Assembly (NCBI GenBank): GCA_016191085.1
Contig: JACPPJ010000030.1
Coordinates: 66,789-130,788, forward strand
Origin: Acidobacteriota bacterium
GTDB lineage: Bacteria > Acidobacteriota > Terriglobia > 2-12-FULL-54-10
Direction: 5' to 3'
Length of the DNA stretch: 64,000 nucleotides
Shown here piece after piece: positions 1 through 9,944 of this stretch. A program made the position numbers and the translations under genes. The notes beneath the pieces are model-generated. The model made no database searches. It saw nothing but the letters and a program-made list of their open reading frames with translations, and was not told the DNA's origin. The first letter of the stretch is position 1; every line of letters starts with the position of its first letter.

Positions 1-159
1 AGCGCGGCGTGTTGCAGAAAATCTTCGGCATCAACGTCAGAACGCTCCAAAGAGACAGTCGTAATTTGCTTCCTGATAATCAGCCAACAGATGTTTTGTT
101 GCTGAATTTGGACGAGAGCGGTTCCGTGCCCCAATCGGAATCAGCGGGAGATACTGATC

Positions 160-2091
160 ATGTGCGGGATATGCGGCATCGTGAATTTCAACGCCGATGA
201 GCCGGTTGATCCCGGCCTGCTGCAGCGAATGACTGACGTGATGGTCCATCGCGGCCCGGACGACGGCGGAGTTTACCTCGACGGAAACGTCGGCCTGGGC
301 CACCGCCGTTTGAGCATTATTGACCTGAGCGGCGGCAAGCAGCCCATATTCAACGAGGACGGCTCCGCAGTGATCGTGTTCAACGGCGAAGTCTATAATT
401 TCGCCAGCCTCACTTCGGAACTGGTTTCGCAGGGCCACACCTTCAGGACGCGCTCCGACACCGAAGCCATAATCCATGCTTATGAGCAGCACGGCGATGA
501 ATGCGTGCAGCGGCTGCGCGGCATGTTTGGTTTCGCCATTTGGGACCGCGCCGCTCGTCGCATGTTCATCGCTCGTGACAGGCTGGGTGTCAAGCCGATT
601 TACTATTACCAGGATTCGAACACATTTGCGTTTGCCTCCGAGTTGAAATCGCTGCTCGAACTGCCGTCGGTGCCTCGCGAACTCGATCCCGAGGCGCTGG
701 ATATCTATCTTTCGCTGCGCTATGTGCCCGGCCCCCGCACAATGTTCAAAAACATCTTCAAGCTGCAGCCGGGGCATACGCTCGTTTGCGACAAGAACGG
801 TGTACGCACAAGCAAATACTGGGACGTTCCTTATGACCCGGACCGGCGCGCCGACTCGGCGACGTGCCTGGAAGAATTCCAGGAATTGCTCGAAGAGAGC
901 GTCCGTCTGCGCCTCATTGCGGAGGTGCCGCTAGGAGTGTTTCTCAGCGGCGGCCTGGACTCCAGCAGCATTCTCGCGGTGATGAACAAGATCACCGGAG
1001 GCGAGCGAATCAAAACCTTCAGCGTCGGATATCAAGGAGGCACCGCCGAGGAGCAGGAGTCGAACGAATTCTACTATGCCAGGATGGCGGCGCGGGCATT
1101 CGGGGCAGAGCATCATGAGTTCCGAGTCAGCGCGCCGGACTTCGGAAACTTCATCCCAGATCTGGTGTGGCATCTCGATGAGCCCATGGCGGACCCAAGC
1201 TGCATTCCGCTTTATTTCATCTCGAAACTGGCTCGCAAGCACATCACAGTGGTGTTGTCGGGCGAGGGCGCGGATGAAACTCTCGCGGGTTACAGCATCT
1301 ACCCCAAGATGCTGGCGCTCGACCGGGCACACAAATTCCTGGCGCCACTGCCTTCCATGCTGGCGCCGTACCTGTCTCATCTGATTCCGTCGGAATCGTA
1401 CCGCAGCTATATGCGTATGGCTGGCCTGCGGCTGGAGAGCCGCTATTACGGGATCTCGCGCGCTTTCCGTCCCGAACTGAAACGTCAACTCTTGCCGCAT
1501 TGGTCGCGGGATTCGCGGAAATCCGAGGACAGTGTTCGCGCCGTGTTAGGTGCTTATTTCCGGCAGGTGCGCCGGTGCGCGCCGCTGGATCAAATGCTCT
1601 ACGTGGATACCAAGGTGTGGCTCCCCGATGACATCCTGCTAAAAGCAGACAAGATGACGATGGCAAATTCGCTGGAGCTGCGTGTCCCGTTTCTGGATCA
1701 CAAGCTCGTTGAGTTCGCCGCAGCGCTGGCGCCGGAACTGAAGCTCCAGGGCGGTCGTGGCAAATTCATCTTGCGGCAGGCCATGCAGGGTGTGCTCCCG
1801 CAAGAGATTCTGGAGCGCGGCAAAAAGGGATTCCCGGTCCCCACGGCGGAGTGGCTGCGAGCGCCGCTAAAGGCCATGACGCGCGACGTGCTGCTTTCCA
1901 ATGACTCTGCTTGCCGCACATACCTGAATGCCAAGGTGCTGGAGCGGATTGTGGATGAACACGAGCGCGGCGCGGTAAAGCGGGATCAGGAGATCTGGAC
2001 GCTGCTGGTTTTTGAATTCTGGCACCGCTTGTTCCTGGAGCGGCGGTTGGAGCGCGGTGCGCGGCGCGAACCGCTGGTTGAGGTGGCGTGA
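160..2091 (+). CDS. asnB: Asparagine synthase (glutamine-hydrolysing), AsnB family
   Basis: N-terminal MCGI (Cys2 Ntn-amidotransferase nucleophile). SGGLDSS PP-loop motif. 643 aa is a typical length. Confidence 0.9.
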   Translation: MCGICGIVNFNADEPVDPGLLQRMTDVMVHRGPDDGGVYLDGNVGLGHRRLSIIDLSGGKQPIFNEDGSAVIVFNGEVYNFASLTSELVSQGHTFRTRSDTEAIIHAYEQHGDECVQRLRGMFGFAIWDRAARRMFIARDRLGVKPIYYYQDSNTFAFASELKSLLELPSVPRELDPEALDIYLSLRYVPGPRTMFKNIFKLQPGHTLVCDKNGVRTSKYWDVPYDPDRRADSATCLEEFQELLEESVRLRLIAEVPLGVFLSGGLDSSSILAVMNKITGGERIKTFSVGYQGGTAEEQESNEFYYARMAARAFGAEHHEFRVSAPDFGNFIPDLVWHLDEPMADPSCIPLYFISKLARKHITVVLSGEGADETLAGYSIYPKMLALDRAHKFLAPLPSMLAPYLSHLIPSESYRSYMRMAGLRLESRYYGISRAFRPELKRQLLPHWSRDSRKSEDSVRAVLGAYFRQVRRCAPLDQMLYVDTKVWLPDDILLKADKMTMANSLELRVPFLDHKLVEFAAALAPELKLQGGRGKFILRQAMQGVLPQEILERGKKGFPVPTAEWLRAPLKAMTRDVLLSNDSACRTYLNAKVLERIVDEHERGAVKRDQEIWTLLVFEFWHRLFLERRLERGARREPLVEVA

Positions 2092-3299
2092 TGAGTGGAT
2101 TGCGAGACTCCGCGATTCTTTCGGGACACGACATCATCTGCTTTGCAAATGACTACGACTCCGACCCGTTGAGCAAGAAGCACCTGATGGTCAGGCTGGC
2201 AAAACGCAACCGCGTGCTATGGGTCAATTCAATTGGCACCAGGACACCGCAGGCGTCCGCTCGCGATTTCAGGCGTGCCGCCCAAAAGCTGACCAAGTTC
2301 TTCGCAGGCTGCGAACACCGGGCAGAGAATCTGTATCTCTTTTCTCCGATCGCAATCCCGTTCCACGGCAGCCGCGCGGCTCAACGTTTCAACCGGCAGT
2401 GGCTGGCCTGGAGTATACGCCGAGTCTGCAACCAGATTGGTTTTCGTGATCCCATTACCTGGACATTTCTGCCCACCTCCGCGGACGTGGCGGGCCGCTT
2501 GGGCGAAAAACTCGTCATCTATCATTGTGTGGACGAATTTTCCGAGTTCACCTGGACCAACAAGGATGCGTTGCTCGAAATGGAGCGCCGCCTGATGCGC
2601 AAAGCCCAAATGGTAGTAGTTTCGTCCGGGCCGCTTTACGACACCAAGGTTGCATTCAATCCCAATACGTTCCTTGTAACGCACGGCGTAGACGTGGAGC
2701 ATTTCCGCAAAGCGTGCAGCGCGGAAACCACCATCCCCGAAGAGATCGCCGCGCTCAAAAAGCCAGTGATCGGCTTTCATGGCCTGGTGGCCGATTGGGT
2801 TGATCTAAAACTGATGCGGTTCCTGGCGCTTGCAAGGCCGGAATGGTCTTTTGTTTTTGTAGGCAAGTTGGACACTGATACATCCGTTCTTCAGGGATTG
2901 CCTGATGTGCACCTGCTCGGCAGGAAGGATTACGAGCAGTTGCCGGCTTATTGCAAGGGATTCGATATAGCCGTGCTGCCTTTTGCCATTAACGAACTTA
3001 CGCTGGCGGCAAATCCGCTGAAGCTACGGGAGTATCTTGCCGCCGGTTTGCCGGTTGTCTCCACCGCGATACCTGAGGCGGAGCGTTTAGGAGGCCTCAT
3101 CCGCATCGCGCATACCCCGGAAGAATTTCTGCAGCAATTGGATCACTTGCTCGCGCAAGGGCAACGTGGGCCGAAGTTGACGATCTCTCGCCAAATGGAT
3201 TGTGAATCTTGGGACAGCAAAGTTGCTGAGCTCAGCCGCTTGGTGGCTACAGTCATGCCCGGCGACGGGAGTGCGGCGACACGCTTACAGGTCGCGTAG
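2088..3299 (+). CDS. Glycosyltransferase (GT-B fold, family 1/4-like)
   Basis: The C-terminal half has the GT1-type pattern (NPLKLREYLAAGLPVVST). The start overlaps the asnB stop (GTGATG), which suggests an operon. Confidence 0.75.
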   Translation: MMSGLRDSAILSGHDIICFANDYDSDPLSKKHLMVRLAKRNRVLWVNSIGTRTPQASARDFRRAAQKLTKFFAGCEHRAENLYLFSPIAIPFHGSRAAQRFNRQWLAWSIRRVCNQIGFRDPITWTFLPTSADVAGRLGEKLVIYHCVDEFSEFTWTNKDALLEMERRLMRKAQMVVVSSGPLYDTKVAFNPNTFLVTHGVDVEHFRKACSAETTIPEEIAALKKPVIGFHGLVADWVDLKLMRFLALARPEWSFVFVGKLDTDTSVLQGLPDVHLLGRKDYEQLPAYCKGFDIAVLPFAINELTLAANPLKLREYLAAGLPVVSTAIPEAERLGGLIRIAHTPEEFLQQLDHLLAQGQRGPKLTISRQMDCESWDSKVAELSRLVATVMPGDGSAATRLQVA

Positions 3300-3323
3300 C
3301 AACGTTTCCGCTGGAGTACTAAC

Positions 3324-5153
3324 GTGAGCAGAATGCGTCAAATTCTCCCGTTTACAGGCGGCGTCCTGGGCGTTTTCGTGTTGCTGTCGCTTTTTGCGGG
3401 AAAGGCGAGCACACAAGATTTGACTTTGTGGACAACCAATGCACTAGATAAGGTCAGGCCGAGCGATCCACCTCCCACCGGAGCGCCGCAGGCGGCGCAA
3501 CTTTATGCGGCACGGAATGAATTTGAGCCATTCCAACTGGTGCTGCGCTCAGATGTTCGCGATATCGTAAACGTAGATGTGCAGATTTCGAATTTGGCAC
3601 GGCTGGACGGAGCTACGATTGCGAACGACAACTTCACAATATATTTCGAGCGTTATCTAAATCTCAGCAAATCCTCTACCCGGCCGGGCGCGGGGGGCGA
3701 ATGGCCCGACCCGCTGATTCCGAAGGTAGACCGCTATGCCGGAGAGGCTCGTAACGCGTTTCCGTTCACGCTGCAGCGCGGGCGAAATCAGGCTATCTGG
3801 GTGGAACTCTACGTACCGGCTAACGCGCAGCCGGGGACGTATTCCGGGGAACTGAAAATAACGGGCGATCAACTGACGCCTGTGTCGGTTCCCGTCAGTC
3901 TGTCGGTCTGGAATTTTTCTCTGCCTTCGACATCCAGTCTCAAAACCACATTCGGGCTGAACGGGCTGGGCGTCTTGAAGCAGCACCGTGCCCAGTATAG
4001 TGATGAAGAACTACACGCCCTCACTTACATTTATACAAAAGCCGCGTTATGGCACCGAATCAGCACTCACAGCGGCACACTGACGCCGCCGCCGTTTACG
4101 GGTGACGCAAGCAATCTCAAAATTAACTGGGCGGCTTACGATCAGGAGGTCGGACCATTCCTGGATGGCACGGTGTTTTCTCCCGACCAGCCGTTATACG
4201 GTGCTAAGGCGAACACGGTGGATCTGCGCATTCACGGCAGCGCAAACACACCGGAGCTGACGGTGGCGTATTGGAAGCAATGGGTGAATCATTTCGCTGC
4301 CAAGGGCTGGCTCGACCGACTCTTCTATTATGTGTGGGACGAGCCCACTCCCGATAAGAATCCGCAGATCATCTCGCTCGCAACGCTGGCGCATACCGCA
4401 GATCCCAGAATTCGTAATCTGGTAACCACCACGTTGGACCTTGATTTAAGAGGCGTCATTGACATTTGGAGTCCGCCGGTGAATTGCGTGGACTCGAAAC
4501 CAGGTTTCCCGCCGATGTGCGATCGGACAGTGCCGCGACAGGCTTACGAAACCGAAATTCAGCGCGGCAAGAGTCTCTGGTGGTACCAATCGTGTATCAG
4601 CCACGGCTGCAACGGACCGGGAGGCGATTACTTTCGAGGTTGGCCCAACTACCTGATCGACGCGCCGGGTGTGGCCAATCGCGTCTTCCCATGGATCACA
4701 TGGAGGTTCAATATCGAAGGCGAGCTCTACTTCAATATGGACGAAAATTACTCCATGACAAATGATCCTTGGACAGAAGTGTATTTGTTCGGCGGCAACG
4801 GCGACGGGGTATTCTTTTACCCGGGGCGCCCCGACCGCATCGGCGGCACAACTGATATTCCCATCGAGAGCCTTCGGTTGAAGCTGATCCGCGAGGGGCT
4901 GGAAGACTACGAGTATCTGAATTTTCTCAGCGGAATCGGGTTGCGTGGCTGCGTGGATGAAGTTATCTCGCGAGTTGTTAATAAAGCGTATCAGTGGTCA
5001 CTCGACCCGTACGAATTTTATGCTGCCAGACGCGAATTGGGCGATAGAGCAAACGCCCAACTCGGCGGCGATTCGGATGCAGCCTCTACCTCAACCGAAG
5101 TCCGTTTCAGTCCGCCGCGCGAACAAGGGGCGCTCTGCCCGGCGAGTCAATAA
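3324..5153 (+). CDS. Secreted hypothetical protein, DUF4091 / GH123-like
   Basis: N-terminal signal peptide (VFVLLSLFAGKASTQ). The C-terminal region LWWYQSCISHGC...WPNYLIDAPGVANRVFPWITW resembles the DUF4091 pattern, from memory only. Confidence 0.5.
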   Translation: MSRMRQILPFTGGVLGVFVLLSLFAGKASTQDLTLWTTNALDKVRPSDPPPTGAPQAAQLYAARNEFEPFQLVLRSDVRDIVNVDVQISNLARLDGATIANDNFTIYFERYLNLSKSSTRPGAGGEWPDPLIPKVDRYAGEARNAFPFTLQRGRNQAIWVELYVPANAQPGTYSGELKITGDQLTPVSVPVSLSVWNFSLPSTSSLKTTFGLNGLGVLKQHRAQYSDEELHALTYIYTKAALWHRISTHSGTLTPPPFTGDASNLKINWAAYDQEVGPFLDGTVFSPDQPLYGAKANTVDLRIHGSANTPELTVAYWKQWVNHFAAKGWLDRLFYYVWDEPTPDKNPQIISLATLAHTADPRIRNLVTTTLDLDLRGVIDIWSPPVNCVDSKPGFPPMCDRTVPRQAYETEIQRGKSLWWYQSCISHGCNGPGGDYFRGWPNYLIDAPGVANRVFPWITWRFNIEGELYFNMDENYSMTNDPWTEVYLFGGNGDGVFFYPGRPDRIGGTTDIPIESLRLKLIREGLEDYEYLNFLSGIGLRGCVDEVISRVVNKAYQWSLDPYEFYAARRELGDRANAQLGGDSDAASTSTEVRFSPPREQGALCPASQ

Positions 5154-6232
5154 TGACAATTCGGCAGCTATTTGCGGAGATCAAAGTTCCTCTGCAACGC
5201 GCCTTGGAGTTGTTGCGTCCTAATTTCAAGCAGATTGATGCGGCTTGGCGCGAAAGGCTTGCAAGCGTCGGCGTGAAACCTCAAGCCGCCGATGTTCTGG
5301 CGCCGCTAATGCTGCACGCCCAAGAGCACAACTTGCGCGCGCAATCGCTGGATAACTACAAGTCGGAAGTAGAATCACTTGGAAAGGTCTTGGAACGCAG
5401 TGGCGTTTCCGAGGCCGATGCTGCCGCCGCCTTCACGTTTTATCTGGAGTGCTGCCTGCCTTATCTTTCGAAGCCGAAAGAGAGAAGCAAAGAGCCTGCC
5501 GCCGCCGTGGCGCGACTAATAGCGGTTTCCCAATTTCTGGCTCTCACCAGCTACGCGCGCGAATGGGTGGGCAACTGGCGCAAGCTGCAGGAGCGCGAGC
5601 GGCATAGCATATCGCGGGATCTTCACGACGACATCGGACACAATCTGCTGGTGCTGAAGCTCTATCTTGAGATGATGAGTAATGACTTGAAAAAGGGTGA
5701 TATCGCACCGCTGCAAGCGAAGCTTGAAGAAGCGCTGGCGCTGGTGTCCTATGCAGTCGAATCGGTGCGCCGGCTGATGCTGGATATGGGGCCCGCGATG
5801 CTGGCGCAATTTGGCTTCATGCAGGCATTGCGCATATACGCGCGCCAGTTCACGTTGCGAACCGGCATTCAGGTGAAATTGGAAGAGGCAAACATGCCCG
5901 CCACTCTGCCGTCCAGCTACGAGACCGCGCTCTACAGGGTGCTGCAAGGAGCGCTATCGAATGTGGTGCAGCATTCCCAAGCAAAAAACGTCCACGTCAC
6001 TCTGGGCGCCATCAAGAGATCAGTGCTGTTCATGAGCATTGAAGACGATGGCATCGGATTCGACCTTGCCACCACCGTTCCCCGTCGCGTGTTCGGGCTG
6101 ACGGCGATGCGGGAACGCATTGAAACGCTGGGCGGGAAGTTCCACATGGAGGCTTGGCCGCAACGGCCCGGCTCGCGCAAGCACGGAACCAGAATAGAAG
6201 TAGACCTCCCGCTCGGCGGTAACATCGAATGA
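5153..6232 (+). CDS. Soluble sensor histidine kinase (HisKA_3 + HATPase_c, NarL-partner type)
   Basis: H-box SRDLHDDIGHNLL. N, G1 and G2 boxes in the C-terminal half. No TM segment. The start ATG overlaps the preceding stop by 1 nt (TAATG). Confidence 0.8.
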   Translation: MTIRQLFAEIKVPLQRALELLRPNFKQIDAAWRERLASVGVKPQAADVLAPLMLHAQEHNLRAQSLDNYKSEVESLGKVLERSGVSEADAAAAFTFYLECCLPYLSKPKERSKEPAAAVARLIAVSQFLALTSYAREWVGNWRKLQERERHSISRDLHDDIGHNLLVLKLYLEMMSNDLKKGDIAPLQAKLEEALALVSYAVESVRRLMLDMGPAMLAQFGFMQALRIYARQFTLRTGIQVKLEEANMPATLPSSYETALYRVLQGALSNVVQHSQAKNVHVTLGAIKRSVLFMSIEDDGIGFDLATTVPRRVFGLTAMRERIETLGGKFHMEAWPQRPGSRKHGTRIEVDLPLGGNIE

Positions 6233-6266
6233 GCGCGCCCGGCCAGACAATACATGAATTGCGGCA

Positions 6267-7019
6267 TTGGCCTTGCATTCGTTCACGATTCCCGATGAAA
6301 TAGAGGTCTGTGTATTCAGACGGACACGGAGCGGAGCGCGTATGTTCTGGGGAGCGACACTGGCGATCTTGCGAAAGGACCTGCGCGCCGAGTTTCGTAC
6401 TAAGGAAGTTTTCAATTCCGCGCTGGTGTTTGCACTGCTGGTCATTGTGATTTTCAGCCTGGCGTTTGAGCCCAGCGCGGAACAGGCCAAAGATCTCTCC
6501 GGTGGGCTGCTCTGGATCGCGTTTGCGTTTTCCGCCGTGCTCGCTCTGAGCCGCACATTTGCGCGGGAAATTCCCAATGACTGTATGTTAGGCTTACAGC
6601 TCGCTCCTATTTCACCGGCCGCGGTTTACGCGGGCAAGCTGCTCGGCAACATGATCTTCCTGAGCCTGCTCCAACTGGCGCTGCTACCTCTGTTCGCCGT
6701 CTTCTATAACCTGCGCCTGTGGGAGCGGGGTGGCTGGTTGGTGTTGGTCGTGTTGCTGGGAAGTTGGGGTTTGGCCGCCGTCGGAACCAGCTTCGCCGCA
6801 GTCTCCACCAGCGTTCGATTGCGGGAGCTCATGCTGCCCGTTCTGCTGTTCCCCGTTGAGATTCCTCTGATCCTCTCTCTTGTACAAGCCACCACCTACA
6901 TTATCCAGGGCGGGGAAGCCATGGCGGACGCTTGGATTTGGCTGAGATTCTGCTTCGGCTTCGACGTCATCTTCACGATCGTGTCGGCCTTCTTGTTTGA
7001 GTATGTGCTGGAGGCCTGA
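6267..7019 (+). CDS. ccmB: Heme exporter permease CcmB (ABC-type, System I)
   Basis: FWGATLAILRKDLRAEFRTKEVFNSALVFALLV... is a typical CcmB N-terminus, and the protein has about 6 TM helices. The more likely start is the ATG at 6342 (MFWGATL). Confidence 0.75.
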   Translation: MALHSFTIPDEIEVCVFRRTRSGARMFWGATLAILRKDLRAEFRTKEVFNSALVFALLVIVIFSLAFEPSAEQAKDLSGGLLWIAFAFSAVLALSRTFAREIPNDCMLGLQLAPISPAAVYAGKLLGNMIFLSLLQLALLPLFAVFYNLRLWERGGWLVLVVLLGSWGLAAVGTSFAAVSTSVRLRELMLPVLLFPVEIPLILSLVQATTYIIQGGEAMADAWIWLRFCFGFDVIFTIVSAFLFEYVLEA

Positions 7020-7066
7020 GCGGGCGGGATTACAATAGGCTTTACTCTTTTGCGAGGTGATATCTA

Positions 7067-9001
7067 ATGATCCGGTCGTCACGTTTACTGTTAGTGCTTT
7101 TTGGCCTGTCAGTTTCACTGTTGCCGCAGGCGTACGCGCAGAACGCGGCGGACCTGTCGCGCAAGTTGGATGCGCTGAACGCTTATCCTGACCTCATCCT
7201 GGTCAACGCCAGGATATACACACTGGATGCCCGGCTCAGTGAAGCGCAGGCGATGGCGGTGAAGAGCCATCGCATTCTGGCGCTGGGAACCAATGATCAA
7301 ATTCGTTTTCTCGCCGGACCAAAGACGGAGGTCCTGGACGCTAAAGGGCGCACGGTGCTGCCCGGCCTGATTGACAGCCACACCCATCCCAATCTGTGGT
7401 CCATGGAGCATTGGTTCGGAGCCGAGGGCGACTGGGCGGCAAAAAGATACAAGGACCCGCAGCTTCGAATCGTACCAGCGCTGGGCGACAACGGCACGGA
7501 AATCTTGAGGTCGGTCGAGCGCGTCATTCGGGAACGTGCACAGGAGATGGGGCCGGGCAAATGGATTCTCGTAAAAGTGTTCGGTGGTAAGACGATCGGG
7601 GAATCGCGCAAGATCGCCTCCCCGCTGTTCGCCACGCGCCGCACCAAGGCGCCCATCAGCACCGAGTTCCTCGATACTATTGCGCCGAACAATCCCGTGA
7701 TGCTCTACGCCACCGAAGGCATTGGCCCAACCATGAGCAACACCAACGCGAAGGAGGAGATGCGCAAGCTCCTGGGGTTTGAGGCGGAGGGCATCTTTGC
7801 GCGCACCGTCGTTCCTTACGAAATCCTGCTGAGAAATCACTGGGACTCCATGGCCGATCTGCTGAAGCACGAAATTCTGGAGTGCCTATCATCACAGGGT
7901 ATTACCACATTTGGTGACCGCTTTGACCGCTCTCCAACGGTCATCAAAGCGTACAACCTGCTCTATCAGCGCGGCGAGATGCCCATCCGCTACGGCTACT
8001 ATTCCGAGGGCGGCTCAAATACTACACAGAAGTTCGACAATCCATCGCTGAATCCGATCCTCATTCGCATGCTGAACCAGGAGATCGGCGACTTCCGCGG
8101 CATCGGCAACGACTACATCTGGAACGCCGGCGTGGCCAACGAGGCCTGGGAAACGGGGTTGAGTTGCACCAAGGCGAAACCGCTGCCCTCGGCCGCCGCC
8201 ATGGAGGCCAGCGGCGAGATCGGCTCCGAGGGGCCGCTGCCCGATTGCAACAATCCGATCGCGTATGACAAGCAGCCCGGGTACCAATCGGTGAAATCCG
8301 GCCTTGAAAATGGGGTGCGCATCGCCTTCCTGCATGCTTACAGCGACGGAACCTATGACGCTCTGTTTCACATGCTCGACCAGGCGGTGGCGGAGGGGCG
8401 CTACACGGTGGACGAGATCCGCGCCCTGCGCATCAGTACGGAGCACAATCCCATGATTCGTCCCGACCAGATCGCCAGTTTCGCGAAGTACGGCATACGC
8501 CCGTCGTTCAATGGCTATCAGGTGCAGGGCGACATCAAGGGCGGCGCGTTCCTGAAAATCTACGGCGAGCAGTACATGAACTGGATGATTCCGATGAAGA
8601 GCATCGTCGATGCCGGAGTGCACGCTGTTTTCAATACCGACGCGCATCTCGGCCGAAACGTTCCGTATTACTTCAAGGACATGGATTATCCGCCCCAGTG
8701 GGAGGGGAACATCTGGGCCTTCATGGAATTCTTCGCCACGCGCGTCATGCCGAGCAATGGCTTGACCTACGTCAAGAGCGAGGCGGTGGACAAAGTCTCG
8801 CTATTGAAAGCCGCCACTATCTGGGGCGCCGAGCAATTGATGAACGAGAAAAACATTGGCTCGCTCGAGACCGGCAAGCTGGCCGACTTTATCGTCATCG
8901 ATAAAGACTACTTCGCCATTCCCGCAGACCAGATTCACACGATTAATGTCCTGCTTACCTCGCTTGGTGGGAAAACGACGTTTAAGTCACCGCAATTTTG
9001 A
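7067..9001 (+). CDS. Secreted metal-dependent amidohydrolase (amidohydrolase-3-like)
   Basis: Signal peptide ending AYAQN. LPGLIDSHTHP metal-binding motif. C-terminal GSLETGKLADFIVID motif. Confidence 0.75.
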   Translation: MIRSSRLLLVLFGLSVSLLPQAYAQNAADLSRKLDALNAYPDLILVNARIYTLDARLSEAQAMAVKSHRILALGTNDQIRFLAGPKTEVLDAKGRTVLPGLIDSHTHPNLWSMEHWFGAEGDWAAKRYKDPQLRIVPALGDNGTEILRSVERVIRERAQEMGPGKWILVKVFGGKTIGESRKIASPLFATRRTKAPISTEFLDTIAPNNPVMLYATEGIGPTMSNTNAKEEMRKLLGFEAEGIFARTVVPYEILLRNHWDSMADLLKHEILECLSSQGITTFGDRFDRSPTVIKAYNLLYQRGEMPIRYGYYSEGGSNTTQKFDNPSLNPILIRMLNQEIGDFRGIGNDYIWNAGVANEAWETGLSCTKAKPLPSAAAMEASGEIGSEGPLPDCNNPIAYDKQPGYQSVKSGLENGVRIAFLHAYSDGTYDALFHMLDQAVAEGRYTVDEIRALRISTEHNPMIRPDQIASFAKYGIRPSFNGYQVQGDIKGGAFLKIYGEQYMNWMIPMKSIVDAGVHAVFNTDAHLGRNVPYYFKDMDYPPQWEGNIWAFMEFFATRVMPSNGLTYVKSEAVDKVSLLKAATIWGAEQLMNEKNIGSLETGKLADFIVIDKDYFAIPADQIHTINVLLTSLGGKTTFKSPQF

Positions 9002-9088
9002 TGAGAGCTGCGACGGCGCAACGGAGCGGTTGCGATCCGGCCACCGCTCCTTAGCGGTCGCGGCTCGGTTCACAGTTAGAGGAGAATC

Positions 9089-9784
9089 TTACTTCTTAAT
9101 GATGGGGCGGAAGCCGTCTTCCTCCAGAGCCGCTTTGGCGGCTTCGGCTTCCTTCTGCGTTGCATACGGGCCGACGATCACGCGGAAGAGTTTATCGCTA
9201 GGACCTTCGACCACTTGTACGGGAAGATTCTTGCCTTTAATCAGCGATAGCAGCGAGCCGGCATCTTCGCGCCGTGTGAGCGCGGAAACCTGGACGGCGA
9301 ACAGAGTGGTGGATGGGGTAGAACCAGTTTGCGCCAGGATCGCTTGTCCTGCTCTCCCCATGGCGGCGACTGGTTGTGCCGGAACTGCTGGAGCGGCGGA
9401 ATTGGCGGGGTGCTGTGGCGTGTTCGCCGCCACGGCCGTTGAACCTTCGGGAGGCATCAGCTTCGCATCCGCTCCTTTCTCTTCCACACTCTCATAAAAG
9501 TTCAGATCCGTGGTGTCCGCCTGTTCATCCGCGTTTACTGCAGGAGCCGGGGACAGAGGAGTTTCGTTCGCGAACACGGCCGGCGGCATTGGACTAGGTT
9601 TATTCGCTGAGTCGGCGGTTCCAGGCGCTGCTTGCGCCACCTTCGCCCCTGTAAGGGTATTGCGCCCCACAATGTAGCCCAGCGAGAAAAACACGCCGCA
9701 AAGGGCGACGATGACGAAGAAGGTCGCCAGTAACTGCCGGTTTTCCAGAACTAGCTCAACTTGCCCGTCCGGATTCTTCCGCAT
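9089..9784 (-). CDS. Membrane-anchored SPOR-domain protein
   Basis: N-terminal TM helix, Ala/Pro-rich linker, and a C-terminal SPOR-like domain (FAVQVSALTRREDA...FRVIVGPYATQKEAEAAKAAL). Confidence 0.75.
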   Translation of the reverse strand: MRKNPDGQVELVLENRQLLATFFVIVALCGVFFSLGYIVGRNTLTGAKVAQAAPGTADSANKPSPMPPAVFANETPLSPAPAVNADEQADTTDLNFYESVEEKGADAKLMPPEGSTAVAANTPQHPANSAAPAVPAQPVAAMGRAGQAILAQTGSTPSTTLFAVQVSALTRREDAGSLLSLIKGKNLPVQVVEGPSDKLFRVIVGPYATQKEAEAAKAALEEDGFRPIIKK

Positions 9785-9944
9785 GCCAAAATCTCCTATA
9801 TTGGCTCACAACCCACCAAACCGGCCAACTCACCCTTTCATATAATAGACTACCGCTGCTTGGCAAACCAACATTCAGACGTTGTGCCAAAGTTCGAACG
9901 GAACGGATGAGGCAGCGACAGGACGGCAGCGCTGCATGGCTGCG

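Noticed and set aside
9-200. 63-aa ORF at the window edge overlapping the asnB start.
   Set aside because: It could be the tail of an upstream gene but is too short and featureless to support. It overlaps asnB by about 40 nt.
37-777. Long antisense ORFs opposite well-supported genes. Examples: 37..777(-) vs asnB, 14149..15159(+) vs rfbB, 47163..48332(+) vs mutS2, 52473..53492(+) vs tal, 55035..55742(-) vs the trmH-like gene, 33629..34417(+) vs valS.
   Set aside because: These are typical shadow ORFs of high-GC DNA. Their translations are Arg/Ala/Pro/Ser-rich with no recognisable motifs, while the opposite strand encodes clearly conserved proteins.
9023-9050. 8-bp GC-rich hairpin (GGAGCGGT...ACCGCTCC) between the convergent amidohydrolase and SPOR genes, as a possible terminator.
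   Set aside because: The stem is short, the loop is 12 nt and there is no U-tract. This is too weak to call.
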